The position numbers and the translations under genes are program-made. From Nemertoderma westbladi (Eukaryota > Animalia > Xenacoelomorpha), in NCBI GenBank assembly GCA_032718475.1, contig JAUCBJ010007068.1:1-64000 (forward strand): DNA of 64,000 nt. Reading direction: 5' to 3'. Numbering within the stretch: position 1 is the stretch's first letter; every line of letters starts with the position of its first letter. Shown here piece by piece: positions 25,601 through 37,418 of this stretch. The notes under the pieces are model-generated. The model was not told the origin of the DNA. It saw only the letters and a list, made by a program, of their open reading frames with translations, and made no database searches.

Positions 25601-28600
25601 TACCAGTACACTGGATCCGAGTCTTTATGGGGCCACTGCTCCATTTACCAATACGAGTCATTATGGGGCCACTGCTCCATTTACCAGTACACTGGATCCG
25701 AGTCTTTATGGGGCCACTGCTCCATTTACCAATACGAGTCATTATGGGGCCACTGCTCCATTTACCAGTACACTGGATCCGAGTCTTTATGGGGCCACTG
25801 CTCCATTTACCAGTACACTGGATCCGAGTCTTTATGGGGCCACTGCTCCATTTACCAGTACACTGGATCCGAGTCTTTATGGGGCCACTGCTCCATTTAC
25901 CAATACGAGTCATTATGGGGCCACTGCTCCATTTACCAGTACACTGATCAGAGTCTTTATGGGGCCACTGCTCCATTTACCAGTACACTGATCCGAGTCT
26001 GTATGGGGCCACTGCTCCATTTACCAGTACACTGGATCCGAGTCTTTATGGGGCCACTGCTCCATTTACCAGTACACTGATCCGAGTCTTTATGGGGCCA
26101 CTGCTCCATTTACCAGTATACTGGATCCGAGTCTTTATGGGGCCACTGCTCCATTTACCAGTACACTGGATCCGAGTCTTTATGGGGCCACTGCTCCATT
26201 TACCAGTACACTGGATCCGAGTCTTTATGGGGCCACTGCTCCATTTACCAGTACACTGGATCCGAGTCTTTATGGGGCCACTGCTCCATTTACCAGTACA
26301 CTGGATCCGAGTCTTTATGGGGCCACTACTCCATTTACCAGTACACTGATCCGAGTCTTTATGGGGCCACTGCTCCATTTACCAGTACACTGGATCCGAG
26401 TCTTTATGGGGCCACTGCTCCATTTACCAGTACACTGGATCCGAGTCTTTATGGGGCCACTGCTCCATTTACCAGTACACTGGATCCGAGTCTTTATGGG
26501 GCCACTGCTCCATTTACCAGTACACTGGATCCGAGTCTTTATGGGGCCACTGCTCCATTTACCAGTACACTGGATCCGAGTCTTTATGGGGCCACTGCTC
26601 CATTTACCAGTACACTGGATCCGAGTCTTTATGGGGCCACTGCTCCATTTACCAGTACACTGATTCGAGTCTTTATGGGGCCACTGCTCCATTTACCAGT
26701 ACACTGGATCCGAGTCTTTATGGGGCCACTGCTCCATTTACCAGTACACTGATCCGAGTCTTTATGGGGCCACTGCTCCATTTACCCGTACACTGACCCG
26801 AGTCTGTATGGTGCCACTGCTCCATTTACCAGTACACTGATCCGAGTCTGTATGGTGCCACTGCTCCATTTACCAGTACACTGGATCCGAGTCTTTATGG
26901 GGCCACTGCTCCATTTACCAGTACACTGGATCCGAGTCTTTATGGGGCCACTGCTCCATTTACCAGTACACTGATCCGAGTCTTTATGGGGCCACCGCTC
27001 CATTTACCAGTACACTGATCCGAGTCTTTATGGGCTCACTGCTCCATTTACCAGTACACTGGATCCGAGTCTTTATGGGGCCACTGCTCCATTTACCAGT
27101 ACACTGGATCCGAGTCTTTATGGGGCCACTGCTCCATTTACCAGTACACTGATCCGAGTCTTTATGGGGCCACTGCTCCATTTACCAATACGAGTCATTA
27201 TGGGGCCACTGCTCCATTTACCCGTACACTGGATCCGAGTCTTTATGGGGCCACTGCTCCATTTACCAGTACACTGATCCGAGTCTTTATGGGGCCACTG
27301 CTCCATTTACCAGTACACTGGATCCGAGTCTTTATGGAGCCACTGCTCCATTTACCAGTACACTGGATCCGAGTCTTTATGGGGCCACTGCTCCATTTAC
27401 CAGTACACTGGATCCGAGTCTTTATGGGGCCACTGCTCCATTTACCAGTACACTGGATCCGAGTCTTTATGGGGCCACTGCTCCATTTACCAGTACACTG
27501 ATCCGAGTCTTTATGGGGCCACTGCTCCATTTACCAGTACACTGGATCCGAGTCTTTATGGGGCCACTGCTCCATTTACCAGTACACTGATCCGAGTCTT
27601 TATGGGGCCACTGCTCCATTTACCCGTACACTGACCCGAGTCTGTATGGTGCCACTGCTCCATTTACCAGTACACTGATCCGAGTCTGTATGGTGCCACT
27701 GCTCCATTTACCAGTACACTGGATCCGAGTCTTTATGGGGCCACTGCTCCATTTACCAGTACACTGGATCCGAGTCTTTATGGGGCCACTGCTCCATTTA
27801 CCAGTACACTGATCCGAGTCTTTATGGGGCCACCGCTCCATTTACCAGTACACTGATCCGAGTCTTTATGGGCTCACTGCTCCATTTACCAGTACACTGG
27901 ATCCGAGTCTTTATGGGGCCACTGCTCCATTTACCAGTACACTGGATCCGAGTCTTTATGGGGCCACTGCTCCATTTACCAGTACACTGATCCGAGTCTT
28001 TATGGGGCCACTGCTCCATTTACCAATACGAGTCATTATGGGGCCACTGCTCCATTTACCCGTACACTGGATCCGAGTCTTTATGGGGCCACTGCTCCAT
28101 TTACCAGTACACTGATCCGAGTCTTTATGGGGCCACTGCTCCATTTACCAGTACACTGGATCCGAGTCTTTATGGAGCCACTGCTCCATTTACCAGTACA
28201 CTGGATCCGAGTCTTTATGGGGCCACTGCTCCATTTACCAGTACACTGATCCGAGTCTGTATGGGGCCACTGCTCCATTTACCAGTACACTGGATCCGAG
28301 TCTTTATGGGGCCACTGCTCCATTTACCAGTACACTGGATCCGAGTCTTTATGGGGCCATTGCTCCATTTACCAGTACACTGGATCCGAGTCTTTATGGG
28401 GCCACTGCTCCATTTACCAGTACACTGATCCGAGTCTTTATGGGGCCACTGCTCCATTTACCAGTACACTGGATCCGAGTCTTTATGGGGCCACTGCTCC
28501 ATTTACCAGTACACTGATCCGAGTCTTTATGGGGCCACTGCTCCATTTACCAGTACACTGGATCCGAGTCTTTATGGGGCCACTGCTCCATTTACCAGTA

Positions 28601-31399
28601 CACTGATCCGAGTCTTTATGGGGCCACTGCTCCATTTACCAGTACACTGGATCTGAGTCTTTATGGGGCCACTGCTCCATTTACCAGTACACTGATCCGA
28701 GTCTTTATGGGGCCACTGCTCCATTTACCAGTACACTGATCCGAGTCTTTATGGGGCCACTGCTCCATTTACCAGTACACTGCTCCATTTACCAGTACAC
28801 TGGATCCGAGTCTTTATGGGGCCACTGCTCCATTTACCAGTACACTGGATCTGAGTCTTTATGGGGCCACTGCTCCATTTACCAGTACACTGATCCGAGT
28901 CTTTATGGGGCCACTGCTCCATTTACCAGTACACTGCTCCATTTACCAGTACACTGGATCCGAGTCTTTATGGGGCCACTGCTCCATTTACCAGTACACT
29001 GGATCCGAGTCTTTATGGGGCCACTGCTCCATTTACCAGTACACTGATCCGAGTCTTTATGGGGCCACTGCTCCATTTACCAGTACACTGGATCTGAGTC
29101 TTTATGGGGCCACTGCTCCATTTACCAGTACACTGGATCTGAGTCTTTATGGGGCCACTGCTCCATTTACCAGTACACTGGATCCGAGTCTTTATGGGGC
29201 CACTGCTCCATTTACCAGTTCACTGATCCGAGTCTTTATGGGGCCACTGCTCCATTTACTAGTACACTGATCCGAGTCTTTATGGAGCCACTGCTCCATT
29301 TACCAGTACACTGGATCCGAGTCTTTATGGGGCCACTGCTCCATTTACCAGTACACTGATCCGAGTCTTTATGGAGCCACTGCTCCATTTACCAGTACAC
29401 TGGATCCGAGTCTTTATGGTGCCACTGCTCCATTTACCAGTACACTGGATCCGAGTCTTTATGGGCCACTGCTCCATTTACCAGTACACTGGATCCGAGT
29501 CTTTATGGGGCCACTGCTCCATTTACCAGTACACTGGATCCGAGTCTTTATGGGGCCACTGCTCCATTTACCAGTACACTGGATCCGAGTCTTTATGGAG
29601 CCACTGCTCCATTTACCGGTACACTGGATCCGAGTCTTTATGGTGCCACTGCTCCATTTACCAGTACACTGGATCCGAGTCTTTATGGGGCCACTGCTCC
29701 ATTTACCAGTACACTGATCCGAGTCTTTATGGGGCCACTGCTCCATTTACCAGTACACTGGATCCGAGTCTTTATGGGGCCATTGCTCCATTTACCAGTT
29801 CACTGATCCGAGTCTTTATGGGGCCACTGCTCCATTTACCAGTACACTGATCCATTTACCAGTACACTGGATCCGAGTCTTTATGGGGCCACTGCTCCAT
29901 TTACCAGTACACTGGATCCGAGTCTTTATGGGGCCACTGCTCCATTTACCAGTACACTGGATCCGAGTCGTTATGGGGCCACTGCTCCATTTACCAGTAC
30001 ACTGATCCGAGTCTATCTGGGGCCACTGCTCCATTTACCAGTACACTGATCCGAGTCTTTATGGGGCCACTGCTCCATTTACCAGTACACTGGATCCGAG
30101 TCTTTATGGGGCCACTGCTCCATTTACCAGTTCACTGGATCCGAGTCTTTATGGGGCCACTGCTCCATTTACCAGTACACTGGATCCGAGTCTTTATGGG
30201 GCCACTGCTCCATTTACCAGTACACTGATCCGAGTCTTTATGGGGCCACTGCTCCATTTACCAGTTCACTGATCCGAGTCTTTATGGGGCCACTGCTCCA
30301 TTTACCAGTATACTGGATCCGAGTCTTTATGGGGCCATTGCTCCATTTACCAGTTCACTGATCCGAGTCTTTATGGGGCCACTGCTCCATTTACCAGTAC
30401 ACTGATCCGAGTCTTTATGGGGCCACTGCTCCATTTACCAGTACACTGATCCATTTACCAGTACACTGGATCCGAGTCTTTATGGGGCCACTGCTCCATT
30501 TACCAGTACACTGGATCCGAGTCTTTATGAGGCCACTGCTCCATTTACCAGTACACTGGATCCGAGTCTTTATGGGGCCACTGCTCCATTTACCAGTACA
30601 CTGGATCCGAGTCTTTATGGGGCCACTACTCCATTTACCAGTACACTGGATCCGAGTCTTTATGGGGCCACTGCTCCATTTACCAGTACACTGGATCCGA
30701 GTCTTTATGGGGCCACTGCTCCATTTACCAGTACACTGGATCCGAGTCTTTATGGGGCCACTGCTCCATTTACCAGTACACTGATCCGAGTCTTTATGGG
30801 GCCACTGCTCCATTTACCAGTACACTGGATCCGAGTCTTTATGGGGCCACTGCTCCATTTACCAGTACACTGGATCCGAGTCTTTATGGGGCCATTGCTC
30901 CATTTACCAGTTCACTGATCCGAGTCTTTATGGGGCCACTGCTCCATTTACCAGTACACTGGATCCGAGTCTTTATGGGGCCACTGCTCCATTTACCAGT
31001 ACACTGGATCCGAGTCTTTATGGGGCCACTGCTCCATTTACCAGTACACTGATCCGAGTCTTTATGGGGCCACTGCTCCATTTACCAGTACACTGGATCC
31101 GAGTCTTTATGGGGCCACTGCTCCATTTACCAGTACACTGGATCCGAGTCTTTATGGGGCCACTGCTCCATTTACCAGTACACTGGATCCGAGTCTTTAT
31201 GGGGCCACTGCTCCATTTACCAGTACACTGATCCGAGTCTGTATGGGGCCACTGCTCCATTTACCAGTACACTGGATCCGAGTCTTTATGGGGCCACTGC
31301 TCCATTTACCAGTACACTGGATCCGAGTCTTTATGGGGCCACTGCTCCATTTACCAGTACACTGGATCCGAGTCTTTATGGGGCCACTGCTCCATTTAC
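10613..31399. repeat. 45-bp satellite array, ~20.8 kb, roughly 465 monomers
   Basis: Monomer GGATCCGAGTCTTTATGGGGCCACTGCTCCATTTACCAGTACACT, with 44-bp (ctgatcc) and 36-bp (ccaatacgagtcatt) variants. Near-perfect core at ~14850-19600. Confidence 0.99.
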
Positions 31400-31620
31400 A
31401 CATCTATTTACATGACGGTAGAGGGCGAAATATCCAAAAATGTGAAACTTCTAATTTCGTTATTAGTTATCCGTTCAAGCTGAAACTTGGCGGATATGCG
31501 TGCCACACCATCCATAGTCTTTGTCTTTGTGGGGACAGTAATCCCTCGACAGTTCTCCAGTATAACGCAAGTGGGCTGAAATGGAAACATTTCAGAAATG
31601 TCTGAAACCTTCAGCCATTT
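31400..31620 (-). mobile_element. Family A element, right part
   Basis: acggtagagggcgaaat...atccgttcaagctgaaacttggc: the same subrepeat, in the same orientation, as 10000-10110 and 10520-10605. Confidence 0.6.
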
Positions 31621-31952
31621 CGTGTTATTGTTTATACAGTATATTCATTTCTTCCTGATTGTTACGTGGCACATTTATTTTCGACCTCAAAATAGTTAAT
31701 AAGAAGACTTATAATTCTTTCGAGTTGACACAGTTGTGACATGTAAAGTGTCATGACACTTAACATAAGTTTACGTCACATGCTGCGCGAAGGGCCCACT
31801 TTATGTACTACGTAGGTACGTACATAATAACTTCAAGCACCCATCCAGGGATAGGTAGAATTTGTGACAACACCCATAAAATGTGTTACCGCCAGTCTAA
31901 AAAAAAACAGTCGACACCGTGAAGAATGACAAGTATAAAAGAACAGTCAATA

Positions 31953-32353
31953 AGGCAAACCCATGTAACTCGAATTTTGACGAAAATGAGATTTTAAAGA
32001 TTACGTCGAGCTCTAGTTGGTGGTAGAACTTAATAGAGTGTACCTAAACTCTAAAGGGGTTACAAAGGGGGTAACTCTCATGTGATAATGACACTTCATG
32101 TAACTATAAGCGTAAACCATGTATCTCATGCGAGTTACATTGTTTTGGTTTAGGAACAGCTGTTGAAATTTATATATAAGTAAACTGGTTATAATTTGTA
32201 AGGTAAATCCTTGTAACTCGAAAAGCAAAATACATTTTTTAAATTAGTGTTGAAAATGTTCACACAGATATTCACATGTTTTCGTGCAGAATCGTTCACT
32301 TTAGATTGATTATTCTCAAAACTCGATTTTTTGAGTTACATGGTTTTTTGCCT
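31953..32353. mobile_element. MITE with ~25-bp imperfect TIRs
   Basis: aggcaaacccatgtaactcga ... tgagttacatggttttttgcct, flanked by TA on both sides. Confidence 0.6.
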
Positions 32354-32422
32354 TAGCAGGGCAGAGTAGATCGCAGTCCTAAAAGTCACCAGCCAAGTAA
32401 CAAGATTAACTCCAAACTCTAC

Positions 32423-32521
32423 CTGAACCATCTACAGTGTCCACCGTGACTTCATCTTCCTCTTGTTCAATTACTTGTTGGGCGTCGTAAAACTCGTCCT
32501 CATCCGAATCCTGTTCCAGGC
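32423..32521 (-). CDS. PITPNM: PITPNM/rdgB coding exon 5 (FFAT motif)
   Basis: GLEQDSDEDEFYDAQQVIEQEEDE: acidic tract plus EFYDAQ, a VAP-binding FFAT-type motif. atAG acceptor and GTAGAG donor; phase 1/1. Confidence 0.85.
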
Positions 32522-33539
32522 CTATTTATTATAAAACATAAACATTATTATACAATTATTATAAACAATCTGGAAAATAATCATTTTAATTTCATTAAAA
32601 TTAAAGGAGCTATAGTTGAATGTTAATTACCTAACTGCGCCGTAATGTTGATATAATAACTACACGGTATTTGGTATATATCATTTTACAGTGTGAAGAT
32701 GTATAGTGGTTGTGGTTTATTAGTGTTGATTCATTCAAAATAAAGACATGGAGATGGGATCTTCAATTATGTATCTACGCTGCAATTGTGACACTGTAAG
32801 TTAATGGGAAAATTATAGAAAATAGCAATTTGAGAAAATTACATTTACGCCGTGCCGTGATGTGCTCCAATCACTAATACAGATAGCGGAGAACATGGAC
32901 CGCAATTGAAAAGAGTTAGGTAATGGGATTAGCTATTTAGTGTAATGTTTGATCATATGATCTTACAGGCTATACATGTAGACACTCTCAGGAACTCTTG
33001 ATTCGGAGAAACTCGCATTACATGTAGGCCTAATAGAATTTAAACAGGTACGTGGTCATTGAAAAGGTAATCTCACTTTTATATAAGTAATCTAATTCGT
33101 TTTGCAGTGCACTGACATGTGACATGTTGGGCTAGCACTCGCACTCATTAATAGAAAGTAACTTGGTGGAAGTAATTCAGTTGCTGGGACTCCTTACTAA
33201 TGTAATCTATTAGTTATTTTAAGATGTCAAAAACGTCTCTACGAAAGTTGAGAATATCAAAACCGCTCACCCAAGTAGGCTTACAATTAGATAACTTCTA
33301 ATTCTACTCACTTCCGGAAAGGGAATCCGCAATCCACTAATTCCTACACTAGAGGAGAGTAAGTGGGCCCTGAGATCTTCAGTTTCCACAAAGAGATAAT
33401 TTATTACCTTAATGGACACACTTTACTTACGGCTTAATTCAGACGCAGTGAATAATATAAACTCCAACGAATCTGACCACCGATATGATAAGTTTAAAAA
33501 ACATTCCAACGTTCAACATGCAGTATACTTGGACATTAC

Positions 33540-35555
33540 GTACTCTGACAGTAAGTACTCGGACAGTAAGTACTCAGACAGTAAGTACTCGAACAGTAAG
33601 TACTCGGACAGTGTATAATCAGACAGTAAGTACTCAGACAGTGTGTTGTCTGACAGTATGTTCTCACTTCTCAGACAGTAAGTACTTGGACAGTATGTAC
33701 TCAGTGTGTTCTCAAAAAGTAAGTACTCGGACAGTATGTACTCAGACAGTAAGTACTCAGACAGTATGTACTCAGACAGTAAGTACTCAAACAGTAAGTA
33801 CTCAGACAGTATGTACTCAGACAGTAAGTACTCAGACAGTAAGTACTAAGACAGTAAGTACTTATACAGTATGTACTCAGACAGTAAGTATTCAGACAGT
33901 ATGTACTCAGACAGTTAAGTACTCATACAGTTAGTACTCAGACAATATGTACACAGACAGTGTGTTCTCAGACAATAAGTACTCGGACAGTAAGTTCTCA
34001 GACACTATGTACTCAGTGTGTTATCAGAAAGTAAGTACTCAGACAGTATGTACTCAGACAGTAAGTACTCAGACAGTATGTACTCATACAGTAAGTACTC
34101 AGACAGTATGTACTCAGACAGTAAGTACTCAGACAGCAAGTACTCAGACAGTATGTACTCAGACAGTAAGTACTCAGACAGTAAGTACTTATACAGTATG
34201 TACTCAGACAGTAAGTATTCAGACAGTATGTACTCAGACAGTAAGTATTCAGACAGTATGTACTCAGACAGTTAAGTACTCATACAGTTAGTACTCAGAC
34301 AATATGTACACAGACAGTGTGTTATCAGACAATAAGTACTCGCACAGTAAGTTCTCAGACACTATGTACTCAGTGTGTTATCAGAAAGTAAGTACTCAGA
34401 CAGTATGTACTCAGACAGTAAGTACTCAGACAGTATGTACTCATACAGTAAGTACTCAGACAGTATGTACTCAGACAGTAAGTACTCAGACAGTAAGTAC
34501 TCAGACAGTATGTACTCAGACAGTAAGTACTCAGACAGTAAGTACTCAGACAGTAAGTACTCAGACAGTATGTACTCAGACAGTAAGTACTCAGACAGTA
34601 AGTACTTATACAGTATGTACTCAGACAGTAAGTATTCAGACAGTATGTACTCAGACAGTTAAGTACTCATACAGTTAGTACTCAGACAATATGTACACAG
34701 ACAGTGTGTTATCAGACAGTGTATAATCAGACAGTGTATAATCAGACAGTGTATACTCAGACAGTATGAACTCGGACAGAATGTACTCAGACAGTATGTA
34801 CTCAGACAGTAAGTACTCAGACAGTAAGTACTCAGACAGTATGTACTCAGACAGTAGGTACTCAGGCAGTATGTACTCAGACAGTAAGTACTCATACAGT
34901 AAGTACTCAGACAGTATGTACTCATACAGTAAGTACTCAGACAGTATGTACTCAGACAGTAAGTACTCAGACAGTAAGTACTCAGACAGTATGTACTCAG
35001 ACAGTAAGTACTCAGACAGTAAGTACTTATACAGTATGTACTCAGACAGTAAGTATTCAGACAGTATGTACTCAGACAGTTAAGTACTCATACAGTTAGT
35101 ACTCAGACAATATGTACACAGACAGTGTGTTATCAGACAGTGTATAATCAGACAGTGTATACTCAGACAGTATGAACTCGGACAGTATGTACTCAGACAG
35201 TATGTACTCAGACAGTAAGTACTCAGACAGTAAGTACTCAGACAGTATGTACTCAGACAGTAGGTACTCAGGCAGTATGTACTCAGACAGTAAGTACTCA
35301 TACAGTAAGTACTCAGACAGTATGTACTCATACAGTAAGTACTCAGACAGTATGTACTCAGACAGTAAGTACTCAGACAGTAAGTACTCAGACAGTATGT
35401 ACTCCGACAGTAAGTACTCAGACAGTAAGTACTTATACAGTTAGTACTCAGACAATATGTACACAGACAGTGTGTTCTCAGACAATAAGTACTCGGACAG
35501 TAAGTAATCAGACAGTGTATAATAAACAGTGTATATTCAGACAGTATGTATTCGG
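33540..35555. repeat. 15-bp minisatellite (TACTCAGACAGTAWG)n with higher-order blocks
   Basis: Visible array; internal block duplications offset by 357 bp (ORFs at 33947/34304) and ~420 bp (34659/35080). Confidence 0.95.
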
Positions 35556-36035
35556 ATTGTGGAGACATTTCTTCTCCATCACAAGATTTATCGATGAAAA
35601 AAATTATTGTTGGAATTGATCAGGGGTTGGTGACGAATGAAGATATCCGAGTTTAAATTGAACTTAATGCTAGGAAAGGATGCGCAGGTTGTAGGTGGTG
35701 TCTCAAGGGTTATTAGAATTTTCCCTCTCCCGGGCCCAGCTCGAATTCTAAGTAATTTGTATTCTCCATCATTCATCACGTAATCACGCCACAACATTTA
35801 CAAGATTGTTTTTACCTTCACTGAACCCACTTACAAGGCTTCATATATCAGTTTGACATCATTTGAACGTATAATATTGTTATTTTCCGACGTATTGACC
35901 TGTTTATTTATTTGGAAAGGAAAATATTACATTGCGTAGATCATGTTGTTGTTTGCACGCACATGTCATTCAACGTGATATATTCTAGTGATTACATTAT
36001 GGTGTCTACTTACAGCACAGATGTAAAAGCTAAGC

Positions 36036-36306
36036 GGGGTTGCCACTCTTGTTTCAATTTCAATTTTCCCTGACATTTTGAAAAAATTCCCTGACTGCAG
36101 GACGCAGTTACACTACATTTTTATAGAATATATTTTATTGTTCGCTTTTTCTTATTCTTTCGCTTTATGATACCTATATATTTAGAGATGTGAGGAAATG
36201 GAATGGTAAGCAGAAAATTATAGACACTTTCGCTTTTGACTCCAAGTCCTTTGTATATATTAAATTCCCTGACTATTCCAGGTGTTCCAGGTGAATCTCA
36301 ACCCTG
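36036..36306. mobile_element. Possible hAT-type MITE
   Basis: cggggttgcc ... ctcaaccctg ends with internal ttccctgac subterminal repeats; no TSD resolved. Confidence 0.35.
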
Positions 36307-37418
36307 ACGACCAGGCGCGTGGTCTGAGGCAGTGCGAGTTGCGAGTGCAGTCTACCAGGTTTTCCGCCGGCAGGGGGCGACAAATAGAATCAGGAGGCCA
36401 CAAGAAGCGAGAGGGAAATAAACAAGAATGTAAATAGCAGAGCGAAGGTAAAAAAAGTAACGATAACAAAGATTTTTAATAATTATGACATTTTATATTG
36501 TATTTAATGGCAGAATATAATGGTTTATACTAGGAGATGCACAGTACTAAACTAGCAATTGGGACAGACCCTCCCTCCCTTCAGACTACCTATTCGAAGA
36601 CGTGGACTAAGTAAGTAAGTAAGTTCTAGAATAAGTCAGGGGTGCCATATTGGTTGGCATTACTTAGGTCTTCTGGTCTATATCCCCCATTTAGTACCTG
36701 GTGTTGTTACATAATTACATTTTTTGTTTTGTTTTTATTTCTCTGCTAACTTCATTATTTTCTTATTATTGCGCCAATAAGCATTGTATTAAACTACAAT
36801 GTGAAGTGAACAAAGTGAACTACAATAACTATATTATATTATATTCACGTGTCTTACATCAGTCGATTGTCGATTCTTACATCAGTGTGTTGTCCTTTCA
36901 TTCTTAATTATAATCTTATCTAGGGTTTGTTCTTGTTGTGCAATCTGTGCTGACAATGTATGAATATATTAATAATTATAATAATGGATAGTATGAATAA
37001 TATACTCGACTTATTTACAGGCGAATGATCGACAAAATTGTGTCACGAAAGAGTGTAGGATGAAATATTCCATATGGGATCGATTTCCTACATAAATGAG
37101 ACACGAATGAGGTTGGCAATCTATGGCAGGTTGGTATCAAATAGCAGGAAAATTTCATTCCATGAAAAAAGGGAGATTTCCAAAACATGTATATGACGTT
37201 AAAACATATATTTTAAATTATTGTAAATATGCCATGCGAACAAATATTAAGTTAAATAAAACAATGACAATCATTAATTAATAAATAAAACAACCAATCA
37301 ATAAAATCAAATACAAAACAATTACAGTAACGGATTTCATGCAAAGAGAAACAAGAAAAATAATAACAGCACCAATATATCTCAGGTGGGAGAAGAAACA
37401 GCGTATACATTAAGTACA

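Noticed and set aside
10613-31399. Long ORFs on both strands (up to 500 aa; MGPLLHLPVHWIRVF / QCTGKWSSGPIKTRI repeats)
   Set aside because: Artefact of a 45-bp (multiple of 3) monomer with stop-free frames. The frames break at every 44-bp variant and show no synonymous-site variation pattern.
10613-31399. CRISPR-like array
   Set aside because: Head-to-tail monomers with no unique spacers, no cas genes, and a spliceosomal eukaryotic context.
33412-35568. Ser/Asp/Tyr/Lys-rich ORFs (YSDSK repeats) resembling adhesive or biomineral proteins
   Set aside because: Translations of a 15-bp intronic minisatellite; open in several frames, repeatedly frameshifted, and without signal peptide or exon structure.
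36260-36469. Possible extra PITPNM exon
   Set aside because: No recognisable homology, no strong donor, and it overlaps a MITE end. Exons 4 and 5 already join in phase.
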